From Hydrurus foetidus (Eukaryota), in assembly GCA_900617105.1 (NCBI GenBank), contig UYFQ01000369.1:1-59619 (forward strand): a DNA stretch of 59,619 nt, read 5' to 3'. Shown one piece after another: positions 1 to 10,885 of the stretch. A model generated the notes under the pieces. The model was not told where the DNA came from, searched no databases, and saw only the letters and a list, made by a program, of their open reading frames with translations. A program made the position numbers and the translations under genes. Within the stretch, counting starts at the first letter, position 1; every line of letters begins with the position of its first letter.

Positions 1-745
1 GACTCCCCGTATTGTGATACGGCGAGGTGTTAATCCGGTGGTTATAGTTGAACGAGTGGGTAACGCAAGCATATGCCATTGCAAGATCCCAATACTTCTG
101 TGGAACAGGTGGTGTTGGTGCGAGCATTGCAATGTTTGTCTTTGTCTCTATTGTCTGAACTGTTCGTTCAGCAATTCCATTAGCATGTTTATCGCGGGCT
201 GGGGTGCGTTCTATACGGTACCCAAATGCAGATGCACATGCAGTGAATTCCTCGGACCGGTAACTTTTCTCAGAATCAACTCTGATAAAACGGTCACATG
301 GTGTGGCAGGGTCTTTCCACCATGGATGGGCAACAAGAAATATGGTCAATTGATGACAAATATCTTCTGAAGAACGATCTTTAGTGAATAGTGGGAAAAT
401 TTGCCCTGTGGCTATGTCAGTCAATAAATCACAATACTTAGATCTACGATAAGATAAAGAAGTATGTGTATATGCATCAAGCGAAAACTGCTGTCCGGCG
501 ACAGTAGGTTGTTCGCGATGTTGACGACGGTGATCGGTATTGGTTTGTCTCATGCCTCCGTAAACACAGGAAGCGCACACGGGACGAGAGGCCGATGCAT
601 CACGGAAGGTGTATGCGGCGTTTACGGTATTTTTCTGATGCCATGCCATGCCAGCGTAGCCGGGATGTCCTAGTACAGAGTGGACGTGGTCATATAAGGA
701 GGGGACAGAGTGACTCGTGACCAACAAGTCAGCCCTCGGTTGGAC
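1..745 (-). CDS. Copia A GAG-pre-integrase and integrase core (partial, open at the window edge)
   Basis: Manual translation gives SLYDHVHSVLGHPG...CASCVYG...FSLDAY...TDIATG...KDRS...PQKYWDLAMAYAC, which aligns with the integrase in ORF 52501-56649. It is out of frame with ORF 746-4048. Confidence 0.85.
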
Positions 746-3700
746 CTACGGGTCCTCGATGTAGATGCCGCCTTTGACAGTTCCACGAGTGGTCTCGATA
801 CCAATCTCGGAGAATAGTTTTATAGCGGGTAAGGTGGACGCGAGTTCAAACATGCGGAAGTCTGTGCCGGTGAAGACACCAACGTGTGGTATTCCAGAGT
901 CGCCACCTTGGCAGTACTGGGATAGGGAGACTAGGGTCTGATGTCCCATACCGTCAATGACGATGGCGTCGAGTCCTAAAGGGCCAAGTTTGCCACGTTT
1001 GGATGGCTGGATGGAAGGTCCGAATGCACCTTGGACAGATAAAGTACCGCACTCAGTAACATCATGTAGGTTAGACACATGGGAGGTGCCAGTGATGGAG
1101 CATCCTGAGTCGAAAATAACCTGAGAGGTGTTGGAGAGGGCATTGAGAGTGTGTGTCTCAATGACAAGGTTGGCGCTGTGGTCTTCAGATATCTCATCAT
1201 GTTTGCGTTTTGGAGGCGTTGGTGGGCGGATCGGTAACGATGATATTGATATTGGCCTTAAGGCGTCGTCAGCATAACCATCTGTAGTGTCTGCAATAGG
1301 TGGACCGAAAGCGGTATCACGAGGTGCATGGGTAGTAGCAGAGGTAGATGCGACAAATGAGGAAGATTGCGACAATGCAGTCGAGGATACCGGGGGGTAG
1401 GTGTATGGAGAAGGTCCATGATGGCGAACCAAGAATGGCTCTAGCCGATATTCTACACCCTCCACTTGAGGTTCGCCAATTTGTAGTACTGGTAGGTTCT
1501 CGGGTACGAGATCCTCTATGTCCTCTTCTGGAACATATCGCTGAAAGGTTGTTGAAGGTACGTCGGCGTACTGAATCTGAGGAGATAGCAGGGGGGGACG
1601 TGTGTATCGATGGTGCGTCCGAGGTGTAGTGAACTTTTGGGCGCGAGTGTCCGGTGTAGGTAGTTCATCTGCGAACTGATATGGGATAGGACAAATCTCT
1701 GTGATGATGGCTTGAAACACTTCAAACAGATGAAGGTGTGGTTCTGAGCGGTCAAACTTGTCGGTATAGATCTGATGGAGAGAGTCTTTCATTAGATCGC
1801 GTAGTCCGGCTAGGTTGTTGGCAGTACCTTCACGATGTCCTATGAGTGTACGCATTGTCTGAGCTGTGAATGCCATAAAGTCAAAGATGAGGGCGAGGAC
1901 ATAATACATTTTAATAGACTCTGGTATTTGTTTCCTGAGAATATTTGCATATGTGGCACCGTACACTTGTATGTTAGTTATACTAGATACATATGAGCCT
2001 TCTTCACCCGGCTTATGGTATGCCGTGTCTACGGGATCAAACGTCATAAACGCGCGGGCTTCCCATACAGGATCTGGAATCATGTAGGTGACTTCAGCAT
2101 CGAGGTAGTGGCGTCCAATTGTGTAGATCACGTGCATAAGTGGTAGTGACGCTCCCCGGATGTCTGCACGCACATTAGAATGATGGAATGAACGGCTCCG
2201 GTCAAGCCAGCCGAAGATGGTAAGAATTGGTGTGCCATTCTTAGCATCACGTGAGGAGGATATAAATTGACGGTAGTCGGATATATCTCCTAAGTCGTCG
2301 GGGTCTTGAATAGTAGTGTTATACTGGTTTATCATACGTAAGAGGAGTGTGTGAGTCGTCGTGGTAAGCTGGAGTGCTCGAGGTGGAGGGTCACGTACAC
2401 TTGGTACCCGGATAGCTGATGCAGCAGGTGAGTGTAGGTCGGGCTGCTCATCGAGATCTGTGTCGATGCGACGAGGTGCGCGAACAGGTGTTGAAGGCGC
2501 TGCATCAAGTGTGCGTGGTACAATGATGCCTGTGGCATTATCAATGAGGGGTGGGATGGCATCCCCTTCATCGTCGGTCTCGGTGTTGACTCGAAGCATG
2601 TTCATGTGTCCGCGCTTCTGTCCTGCTGTAGACCCACCCTGTGCTGCCGCTAGAATTGAGCCATCGCGCCAATTATCCCCTGTGCTTCCATTGTTGGATG
2701 GAGTGTCGGAGTTTCTTGTAAGCACGTTTAGCGCGTACATCTGCTTGCGGGAGTACCCTATAGGGTTCCCTTCACGTGGTCGGCCCATGGGTGGTCCGAC
2801 TAGCTCCCGGTGCATGGCGGTGATGTAAGATGGCGGATTCTTCTTTGCTTTTGGTGCAGGTTTGTCGGTGGAAGTAGGTTTTGAAGGTGGTGGTGGAGTA
2901 CTGGCAGTGGCGGGTGATGGTCCCCTATGAAGGTACTTGCATTTATCTCCAAATTTGCACTTCCCGGCGGCAAAGCCACGGCAAAGTTCTGTCTTCTTGT
3001 CCGTCGCGGTAAGTGTCTTCATCTGATGGCGCGTGTGGGTTGAGTCGATGGCGTTGGCGAGTTCCATGATGGCAATGATGGCTTGGCCATATCCGAAGTT
3101 GCAAAATGAAATCTGGGCCATGCATGCTTCCACTCCTGGTCGCTTGTCAAACTGAAATAGTGACATGAGTTGTGCCATCTTGAGCTCCTCATGCATCGTC
3201 TTTTCCATGGCGGCGTCCAGTTCGCGGTAATAGTTGTCCAATCTGATAACATCCTTCTGTATTGGAACGCTGTTATCGACTTTGAACTCGTTGATCAGAC
3301 GGTTGATTCTGATCATATCTTTGCCGGCGTGACCACTAAAATACTCTTTGAGAGCGGCGTAAATCAGATTTGGGTTCTGATTCAGGAATCCCTCTTGGGC
3401 AAGATAGTAGATAGACCGGTGGCAAAGGTAGAATAAGAGCGGGAAACATCTTGAGAAGTCGTGGTCGAACTTCCCAACGTCATCAGCGGAGAGTCGGTAT
3501 TCGATGCCCTTATATGTGACGACATATGGCAATCGATATCCCGTTGGGTTCGAAGGTGATGGCTCCGGTTGTTGGCGCACGCCGTTCATGAGAGTCAGCA
3601 AGTTGTTCATGCTGAAGATGGATTCAGCTGTCCTGAACGTCTCATGGCTCTTGTGAAGGTTCTCGCTGGTGATTGCGACAGCTTTCATAGCGTCAAAATC

Positions 3701-4048
3701 GGCTTGCGAGGTCTTCTGGTAATTTGAGTAGTGGATGGGAGGATGGCCGATGATTGGCGCTCCCTTAACAGGCGAAGAAGCCTCCTCAGACCTCCTGTAG
3801 TTGGAAGGAATCGGTGATGAGGCCTGCCTTTCCATTCTCTCGATGTCTTTGACGACAAGGTCCTTCAATCGGACATCATATGCAGATGTCTCGACAGCTT
3901 CTTTTCGAAGTGACGGCGGCGTAAGTGGCGATCTTACGGTCGTCGTAGGAAGTCGCAACCCACCGAGAGCGGATGAGCTGCGTGTCGTGGCTGGTCTTGT
4001 GAAGCCTGCTTGCTTCATAGATGCCAATTTTTCCTCTGATTCGGTCAT
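746..4048 (-). CDS. gag-pol: Copia A Gag (CCCH finger), unknown domain and aspartic protease
   Basis: CRGFAAGKCKFGDKCKYLH is a CCCH finger. VIFDSGCS is the protease motif. Homologous to the ORFs at 49548-53580. Confidence 0.88.
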   Translation of the reverse strand: MTESEEKLASMKQAGFTRPATTRSSSALGGLRLPTTTVRSPLTPPSLRKEAVETSAYDVRLKDLVVKDIERMERQASSPIPSNYRRSEEASSPVKGAPIIGHPPIHYSNYQKTSQADFDAMKAVAITSENLHKSHETFRTAESIFSMNNLLTLMNGVRQQPEPSPSNPTGYRLPYVVTYKGIEYRLSADDVGKFDHDFSRCFPLLFYLCHRSIYYLAQEGFLNQNPNLIYAALKEYFSGHAGKDMIRINRLINEFKVDNSVPIQKDVIRLDNYYRELDAAMEKTMHEELKMAQLMSLFQFDKRPGVEACMAQISFCNFGYGQAIIAIMELANAIDSTHTRHQMKTLTATDKKTELCRGFAAGKCKFGDKCKYLHRGPSPATASTPPPPSKPTSTDKPAPKAKKNPPSYITAMHRELVGPPMGRPREGNPIGYSRKQMYALNVLTRNSDTPSNNGSTGDNWRDGSILAAAQGGSTAGQKRGHMNMLRVNTETDDEGDAIPPLIDNATGIIVPRTLDAAPSTPVRAPRRIDTDLDEQPDLHSPAASAIRVPSVRDPPPRALQLTTTTHTLLLRMINQYNTTIQDPDDLGDISDYRQFISSSRDAKNGTPILTIFGWLDRSRSFHHSNVRADIRGASLPLMHVIYTIGRHYLDAEVTYMIPDPVWEARAFMTFDPVDTAYHKPGEEGSYVSSITNIQVYGATYANILRKQIPESIKMYYVLALIFDFMAFTAQTMRTLIGHREGTANNLAGLRDLMKDSLHQIYTDKFDRSEPHLHLFEVFQAIITEICPIPYQFADELPTPDTRAQKFTTPRTHHRYTRPPLLSPQIQYADVPSTTFQRYVPEEDIEDLVPENLPVLQIGEPQVEGVEYRLEPFLVRHHGPSPYTYPPVSSTALSQSSSFVASTSATTHAPRDTAFGPPIADTTDGYADDALRPISISSLPIRPPTPPKRKHDEISEDHSANLVIETHTLNALSNTSQVIFDSGCSITGTSHVSNLHDVTECGTLSVQGAFGPSIQPSKRGKLGPLGLDAIVIDGMGHQTLVSLSQYCQGGDSGIPHVGVFTGTDFRMFELASTLPAIKLFSEIGIETTRGTVKGGIYIEDP

Positions 4049-4180
4049 GTCGTTTCGTCGAGGCTGATGAGTCGAGTTTTCAGATAAGACGAGTTAGACG
4101 AAGCCGTTGAGTGATTCGGGCGAGAATATTCAAATAGTTACAGCTTCTGTATCGGTTATTTGACTACTCAATCGCTACCA

Positions 4181-4582
4181 TGTCATATGGGTTGCATTAC
4201 CTGATGTCGCTGACACTCAGGTAGATCGTCTGCTGCAGGCAGAGCTCTCAGTCAAATAAAGAATATTGTCCGGCGACAATTCTGTAGACTATGCTTGATT
4301 AGATTACTGACAGGCAAAAGGAAACAACAAAGCTATTCTGCAAGAATTCACGTGGATAACCTAGCAGTTGAGAAGATCATGAAATGATGTCATTTCTCAC
4401 TGCGGAGACCAACGGAGGGTATCGGATTGCCGGTTGGGTGTTGGATTTCAAAATAATTATTTTTGAATTGTGGGATCCTGGACCTATCTGAAATCATACT
4501 TCAATGTATCTTTTTACGTAACGGCTACTATACGTACATACTATATCCGTATACTATATCAATGAATTACAATCGCATGACA
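4181..4582 (-). repeat. 5' LTR of Copia A (402 bp)
   Basis: TG...CA ends with a 6-bp inverted repeat. PBS abuts at 4180 and array sequence resumes at 4583. Confidence 0.85.
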
Positions 4583-4613
4583 GATACTATTTTGCATCCC
4601 TCTTCGTCTCCTC

Positions 4614-4768
4614 ATACTTACCTGTTCGTCGGATGTAGAGGATCAACCAGCTCTATACCGGTACGCGGAGCAAACCATGGCATAACTGGTGCTTGTGATG
4701 CGTATTGCAGTCAGAAAGGATTCGCAACGGAATAATTTTTTGTCATTGGGGTAGCGTTTACGCACCCC
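4614..4768 (+). ncRNA. U1: U1 snRNA (first copy, slightly variant)
   Basis: ATACTTACCTG start, Sm site and SL4 present. C>A change in SL3 (GTCAGAAAGGA). Confidence 0.85.
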
Positions 4769-5114
4769 TTCCCTTCCACTTCAACCTGTACGACACCACA
4801 CTGTACAACACGACACAACACAAACAAAACAAAAACACACACATACTCACTATTCTACCCTACCTGCCAACTACATCAAATGAGTTACTGTTTACTCATT
4901 TCACATTACAATATCAATTACGCAATCAAGCAATGCAACTTGCAATCATCGATTAATTGACAATGTCGCGACGATGTGCATGATCTAGACATCGATGTGG
5001 CGGCTAGCTATATTATGGAATATACCTCATTAGTCGAAATGTGTATATACACATCTGGTGTACATATGATGCATATTAGGACTGATACTATTTTGCATCC
5101 CTCTTCGTCTCCTC

Positions 5115-5268
5115 ATACTTACCTGTTCGTCGGATGTAGAGGATCAACCAGCTCTATACCGGTACGCGGAGCAAACCATGGCATAACTGGTGCTTGTGAT
5201 GCGTATTGCAGTCCGAAAGGATTCGCAACGGAATAATTTTTGTCATTGGGGTAGCGTTTACGCACCCC
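5115..5268 (+). ncRNA. U1: U1 snRNA (representative copy, ~154 nt)
   Basis: 5' ATACTTACCTG; helix H TTCG/CGGA; SL1 stem ending AGAG/CTCT with loop GATCAACCAG (human GAUCACGAAG); SL2 TACGC...GCGTA; SL3 with a GAAA loop; Sm site ATAATTTTTG; SL4 GGGGTAGCG-TTTA-CGCACCCC. Confidence 0.95.
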
Positions 5269-5528
5269 TTCCCTTCCCTTACCAACACAACACAACACTA
5301 CAAACCAAACAAAACAAAACAAAACCACACACATACTCACTATTCTACCCTACCTGCCAACTACATCAAATGAGTTACTGTTTACTCATTTCACATTACA
5401 ATATCAATTACGCAATCAAGCAATGCAACTTGCAATCATCGATTAATTGACAATGTCGCGACGATGTGCATGATCTAGACATCGATGTGGCGGCTAGCTA
5501 TATTATGGAATATACCTCATTAGTCGAA

Positions 5529-5606
5529 ATGTGTATATACACATCTGGTGTGTACATATGATGCATATTAGGACTGATACTATTTTGCATCCCTCTTCGT
5601 CTCCTC
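5529..5606 (+). promoter_or_regulatory. Putative snRNA proximal promoter region (representative; present in every unit)
   Basis: Near-invariant sequence upstream of U1, including the 16-bp palindrome ATGTGTATATACACAT at -78 to -63, about where PSE/USE elements lie. Function is inferred from position only. Confidence 0.4.
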
Positions 5607-8600
5607 ATACTTACCTGTTCGTCGGATGTAGAGGATCAACCAGCTCTATACCGGTACGCGGAGCAAACCATGGCATAACTGGTGCTTGTGATGCGTATTG
5701 CAGTCCGAAAGGATTCGCAACGGAATAATTTTTGTCATTGGGGTAGCGTTTACGCACCCCTTCCCTTCCCTTACCAACACAACACAACACAACACAACAC
5801 AAACAAAACAAAACAAAACCACACACATACTCACTATTCTACCCTACCTGCCAACTACATCAAATGAGTTACTGTTTACTCATTTCACATTACAATATCA
5901 ATTACGCAATCAAGCAATGCAACTTGCAATCATCGATTAATTGACAATGTCGCGACGATGTGCATGATCTAGACATCGATGTGGCGGCTAGCTATATTAT
6001 GGAATATACCTCATTAGTCGAAATGTGTATATACACATCTGGTGTGTACATATGATGCATATTAGGACTGATACTATTTTGCATCCCTCTTCGTCTCCTC
6101 ATACTTACCTGTTCGTCGGATGTAGAGGATCAACCAGCTCTATACCGGTACGCGGAGCAAACCATGGCATAACTGGTGCTTGTGATGCGTATTGCAGTCC
6201 GAAAGGATTCGCAACGGAATAATTTTTGTCATTGGGGTAGCGTTTACACCCCCCTTCCCACCAACACAACACAACACAACACAAACAAAACAAAACAAAA
6301 ACAAAACCACACACATACTCACTATTCTACCCTACCTGCCAACTACATCAAATGAGTTACTGTTTACTCATTTCACATTACAATATCAATTACGCAATCA
6401 AGCAATGCAACTTGCAATCATCGATTAATTGACAATGTCGCGACGATGTGCATGATCTAGACATCGATGTGGCGGCTAGCTATATTATGGAATATACCTC
6501 ATTAGTCGAAATGTGTATATACACATCTGGTGTGTACATATGATGCATATTAGGACTGATACTATTTTGCATCCCTCTTCGTCTCCTCATACTTACCTGT
6601 TCGTCGGATGTAGAGGATCAACCAGCTCTATACCGGTACGCGGAGCAAACCATGGCATAACTGGTGCTTGTGATGCGTATTGCAGTCCGAAAGGATTCGC
6701 AACGGAATAATTTTGTCATTGGGGTAGCGTTTACGCACCCTTCCCTTCCATTACCAACACAACCAACACAACACAAACAAACAAAACAAAACCACACACA
6801 TACTCACTATTCTACCCTACCTGCCAACTACATCAAATGAGTTACTGTTTACTCATTTCACATTACAATATCAATTACGCAATCAAGCAATGCAACTTGC
6901 AATCATCGATTAATTGACAATGTCGCGACGATGTGCATGATCTAGACATCGATGTGGCGGCTAGCTATATTATGGAATATACCTCATTAGTCGAAATGTG
7001 TATATACACATCTGGTGTGTACATATGATGCATATTAGGACTGATACTATTTTGCATCCCTCTTCGTCTCCTCATACTTACCTGTTCGTCGGATGTAGAG
7101 GATCAACCAGCTCTATACCGGTACGCGGAGCAAACCATGGCATAACTGGTGCTTGTGATGCGTATTGCAGTCCGAAAGGATTCGCAACGGAATAATTTTT
7201 GTCATTGGGGTAGCGTTTACGCACCCCTTCCCTTCCCTTACCAACACAACACAACACAACACAAACAAAACAAAACAAAACAAAACCACACACATACTCA
7301 CTATTCTACCCTACCTGCCAACTACATCAAATGAGTTACTGTTTACTCATTTCACATTACAATATCAATTACGCAATCAAGCAATGCAACTTGCAATCAT
7401 CGATTAATTGACAATGTCGCGACGATGTGCATGATCTAGACATCGATGTGGCGGCTAGCTATATTATGGAATATACCTCATTAGTCGAAATGTGTATATA
7501 CACATCTGGTGTGTACATATGATGCATATTAGGACTGATACTATTTTGCATCCCTCTTCGTCTCCTCATACTTACCTGTTCGTCGGATGTAGAGGATCAA
7601 CCAGCTCTATACCGGTACGCGGAGCAAACCATGGCATAACTGGTGCTTGTGATGCGTATTGCAGTCCGAAAGGATTCGCAACGGAATAATTTTTGTCATT
7701 GGGGTAGCGTTTACGCACCCCTTCCCTTACCAACACAACACAACACAACACAATACAAACCAAACAAAACAAAACAAAACAAAACCACACACATACTCAC
7801 TATTCTACCCTACCTGCCAACTACATCAAATGAGTTACTGTTTACTCATTTCACATTACAATATCAATTACGCAATCAAGCAATGCAACTTGCAATCATC
7901 GATTAATTGACAATGTCGCGACGATGTGCATGATCTAGACATCGATGTGGCGGCTAGCTATATTATGGAATATACCTCATTAGTCGAAATGTGTATATAC
8001 ACATCTGGTGTGTACATATGATGCATATTAGGACTGATACTATTTTGCATCCCTCTTCGTCTCCTCATACTTACCTGTTCGTCGGATGTAGAGGATCAAC
8101 CAGCTCTATACCGGTACGCGGAGCAAACCATGGCATAACTGGTGCTTGTGATGCGTATTGCAGTCCGAGTTCGGCGTTAACAATGGTAGCGTTTACGCAC
8201 CCCTTCCCTTCCCTTCCCTTACCAACACAACACAACACAACACAACACAAACAAAACCACACACATACTCACTATTCTACCCTACCTGCCAACTACATCA
8301 AATGAGTTACTGTTTACTCATTTCACATTACAATATCAATTACGCAATCAAGCAATGCAACTTGCAATCATCGATTAATTGACAATGTCGCGACGATGTG
8401 CATGATCTAGACATCGATGTGGCGGCTAGCATATTATGGTGCCATCATTAGTTAAATGTGTATATACACATCGGTGTGCTGGTGCATAAGACTGATACTA
8501 TTTTGCATCCCTCTGCTCATCCCCTTTTCGTCGGATGGATAACCAGCTCACGGTTGCGCAGACCATGGATAACTGGTGTTGTGATGCGTGGCAGTCCGAA

Positions 8601-8955
8601 AGGATTCGCAACGGTACATTGGCCGGGTGGCATTTTGCTTCCTTCCGCCACAGCTGGCTGGCGGCACAAACACGTGAAGCTGAAAACAAACAAAACCTTC
8701 TTCATTTAGCAACTTACCATCAAATGAGTTACTGTTTTACCATTTACTGCATTTTCAGCATCGGTGCTCAAGCAATGCAACTTGCAATCATCAGATTAAT
8801 TGACAATTAGAACAGTGCATGATCTAGACATCGATGTGGCGGCTAGCTATATTATGGAATATACCTCATTAGTCGAAATGTGTATATACACATCTGGTGT
8901 GTACATATGATGCATATTAGGACTGATACTATTTTGCATCCCTCTTCGTCTCCTC

Positions 8956-9005
8956 ATACTTACCTGTTCGTCGGATGTAGAGGATCAACCAGCTCTATAC
9001 CGGTA
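8956..9005 (+). pseudogene. U1: U1 snRNA 5' fragment interrupted at +50 by DNA transposon 1
   Basis: U1 sequence stops at ...CCGGTA and is followed by the transposon end TTACGACCGCAGAATAAAA. Confidence 0.9.
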
Positions 9006-9208
9006 TTACGACCGCAGAATAAAAGTAGCAGTTTCGCACTGAAATCGTGGACAAGGGGGGGTACACACTCACTTCGAAGTGTGGAAGGGTGGGGGTGCAC
9101 GACATGAATATAGTGAGAACAAAGAAGACCTCATCTAGCCTGAGCACTTCTTATCCCTGCTTAATGTCAGTACTCTCATCACTTTATTGCGGTTGAGTTC
9201 AATTTGCG

Positions 9209-10231
9209 ATGACGAAAGACAAATCTCATCGTCAACTATTCGTGTCAAAAGTTTTGAATGATCATTTTTCAGTGAAGGATGCAGCTATCCACTGTAATAT
9301 TTCTTACAACACTGGAAGAAATTGGATGAGGATGCTGAATCGCATTGGGAATTACTATCCTCTGCGACATCGAAGGTCTATCCCTGGTGTGATGTCCCTG
9401 GATCATCAGGAGATATTGCAGATGGTCATTAGCAATAACAGGATGGCCATGATTGACGAAATTACTCAGTCTATGAGTGAGGAAACTGGATTTCATTATT
9501 CACCTCGCCTCATAAGACAAGTAATGTCTCGCCATAAGTATGTTTCTCGGCTAGCTAACGAGTTATCACCTCTTGAGCGTGATAATGAGTTGAGACGCTA
9601 CTATCGAGAACAAGTCATGCATCCTGGTGGAAACTTTACGTCAACTCAACTAGTTTTTGTTGACGAATGTTCGAAGAAACTGGGGAATGCGACAAGAAAA
9701 AGAGCATGGCGTGTCAAAGGCGACAAAGTCTCATTGCCTGTTATTCATTCCGGAAGTGGTAATGCAGCTTCATTGATAGCTTCAATGACTGTTCGAGGTA
9801 TTCAATCGGTCTCTGTCATTGATGTGGTAGAGGAAGGAAATGTAAACGGAGATCGCTTCATGGAGGCTTTTGTCAATGACATATTGGTTTACTGTGAGCC
9901 TTATCCTGGTCGTTGTTCTGTCATTGTTATGGATAATGCTGCGGTTCACATGAAATTATTGATTTCAGCAGCTTGTCAGGAGAGAGGAGTCATTGTCATT
10001 TATCTCCCACCTTATAGTTTTGATTTCAATCCTATTGAGCTCGTTTTTAATACAGCCTTGTCTAAATTGTTGAAGGTCTATGGTAGAACTCTCCTTCCTC
10101 CCAACTCTAAAATAGGTGATTTATTTAGAGATTGCCTCCTGAATTGTTTGACACCTGATAAAGCATGTAACATGTTTGAAAAGTGTCATATCTCTGTTTC
10201 TGTCCAAGATAGAGAATGGGCAAATGTGTAA
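9209..10231 (+). CDS. Tc1/IS630-family DD34E transposase
   Basis: N-terminal HTH-like region; LVFVDE...MDNAAVH...LPPYSFDFNPIE with 34 residues between the second D and the E. Confidence 0.93.
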   Translation: MTKDKSHRQLFVSKVLNDHFSVKDAAIHCNISYNTGRNWMRMLNRIGNYYPLRHRRSIPGVMSLDHQEILQMVISNNRMAMIDEITQSMSEETGFHYSPRLIRQVMSRHKYVSRLANELSPLERDNELRRYYREQVMHPGGNFTSTQLVFVDECSKKLGNATRKRAWRVKGDKVSLPVIHSGSGNAASLIASMTVRGIQSVSVIDVVEEGNVNGDRFMEAFVNDILVYCEPYPGRCSVIVMDNAAVHMKLLISAACQERGVIVIYLPPYSFDFNPIELVFNTALSKLLKVYGRTLLPPNSKIGDLFRDCLLNCLTPDKACNMFEKCHISVSVQDREWANV

Positions 10232-10268
10232 TTGTTATTTCCATTTTATTCTCATTATTTTTATGGTT

Positions 10269-10345
10269 AAGTCACCGCGATTTTTCAAACAATCACGGTG
10301 ACTTCTCAAAAAATCACGGTGACTTTTTTTGAATCACGGTGACTT
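10269..10345. repeat. Cluster of AATCACGGTGACTT motifs (4 copies)
   Basis: Inverted variant at 10269; direct copies at 10291, 10312 and 10332. Confidence 0.85.
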
Positions 10346-10885
10346 CTATTTTTCAATAACCGAACTACTATTACATTGCTATAGTAATGTAATTAATTGA
10401 AGTAGATGCAAAACCATTTTTCATTTTGATCCTAAAGTGACGTTTAATTTGAATTATAAATTTCACTATCGTGGATACCAGCCTATCAAATGTAACAATT
10501 GGATACCGCCGTCTAGTGGATAATCGACTCTCCTCGACTCCTTATTTTCTCAAGCCACGAAATATGATTTTTGTATCGTTGCTTTTGTTATATATTAATG
10601 TCAAACTATGATTATTTATTATCGATCATCATTATCATCACGCAAGTATATCTTATCATTGCGCTTACAAATTACTCTAGGATACTATTTTCCTATCGTT
10701 TATTGATGCAGTAATTCATATCGCACTGTGTATTCATATCATTATATATGTCACGAAAGAAGATTTTATTAGTGCGCCGAAATACCATATGAATCGAGTA
10801 GAATTACGATTTGTATCATGACCGATTTGTTTCATCATTTACATTGAATTATGTGCACCTTTTATTTAGTATTTTTTGCCCTAAT

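Larger units (their letters stand above)
1..4582 (-). mobile_element. Ty1/Copia LTR retrotransposon A, 5' part (LTR, PBS, gag-protease, integrase running off the left edge)
   Basis: LTR 4181-4582 is bounded by TGTCAT...ATGACA. The minus-strand PBS TGGTAGCGATTGA follows it directly. Domain order is Gag, protease, integrase, homologous to the complete Copia at 49045-57411. Confidence 0.92.
4583..9005 (+). repeat. U1 snRNA gene tandem array, block A (~490-bp unit)
   Basis: U1 starts at 4614, 5115, 5607, 6101, 6589, 7074 and 7568. Copies at 8067 and ~8520 are garbled. The copy at 8956 is interrupted by a transposon. Confidence 0.93.

Noticed and set aside
14..4067. Plus-strand ORFs over Copia A, and minus-strand ORFs over Copia B and Gypsy A
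   Set aside because: Antisense shadows of the retrotransposon genes.
8160..8820. Highly diverged U1 variants
   Set aside because: Patchy indel-rich corruption between perfect copies is more consistent with consensus error.
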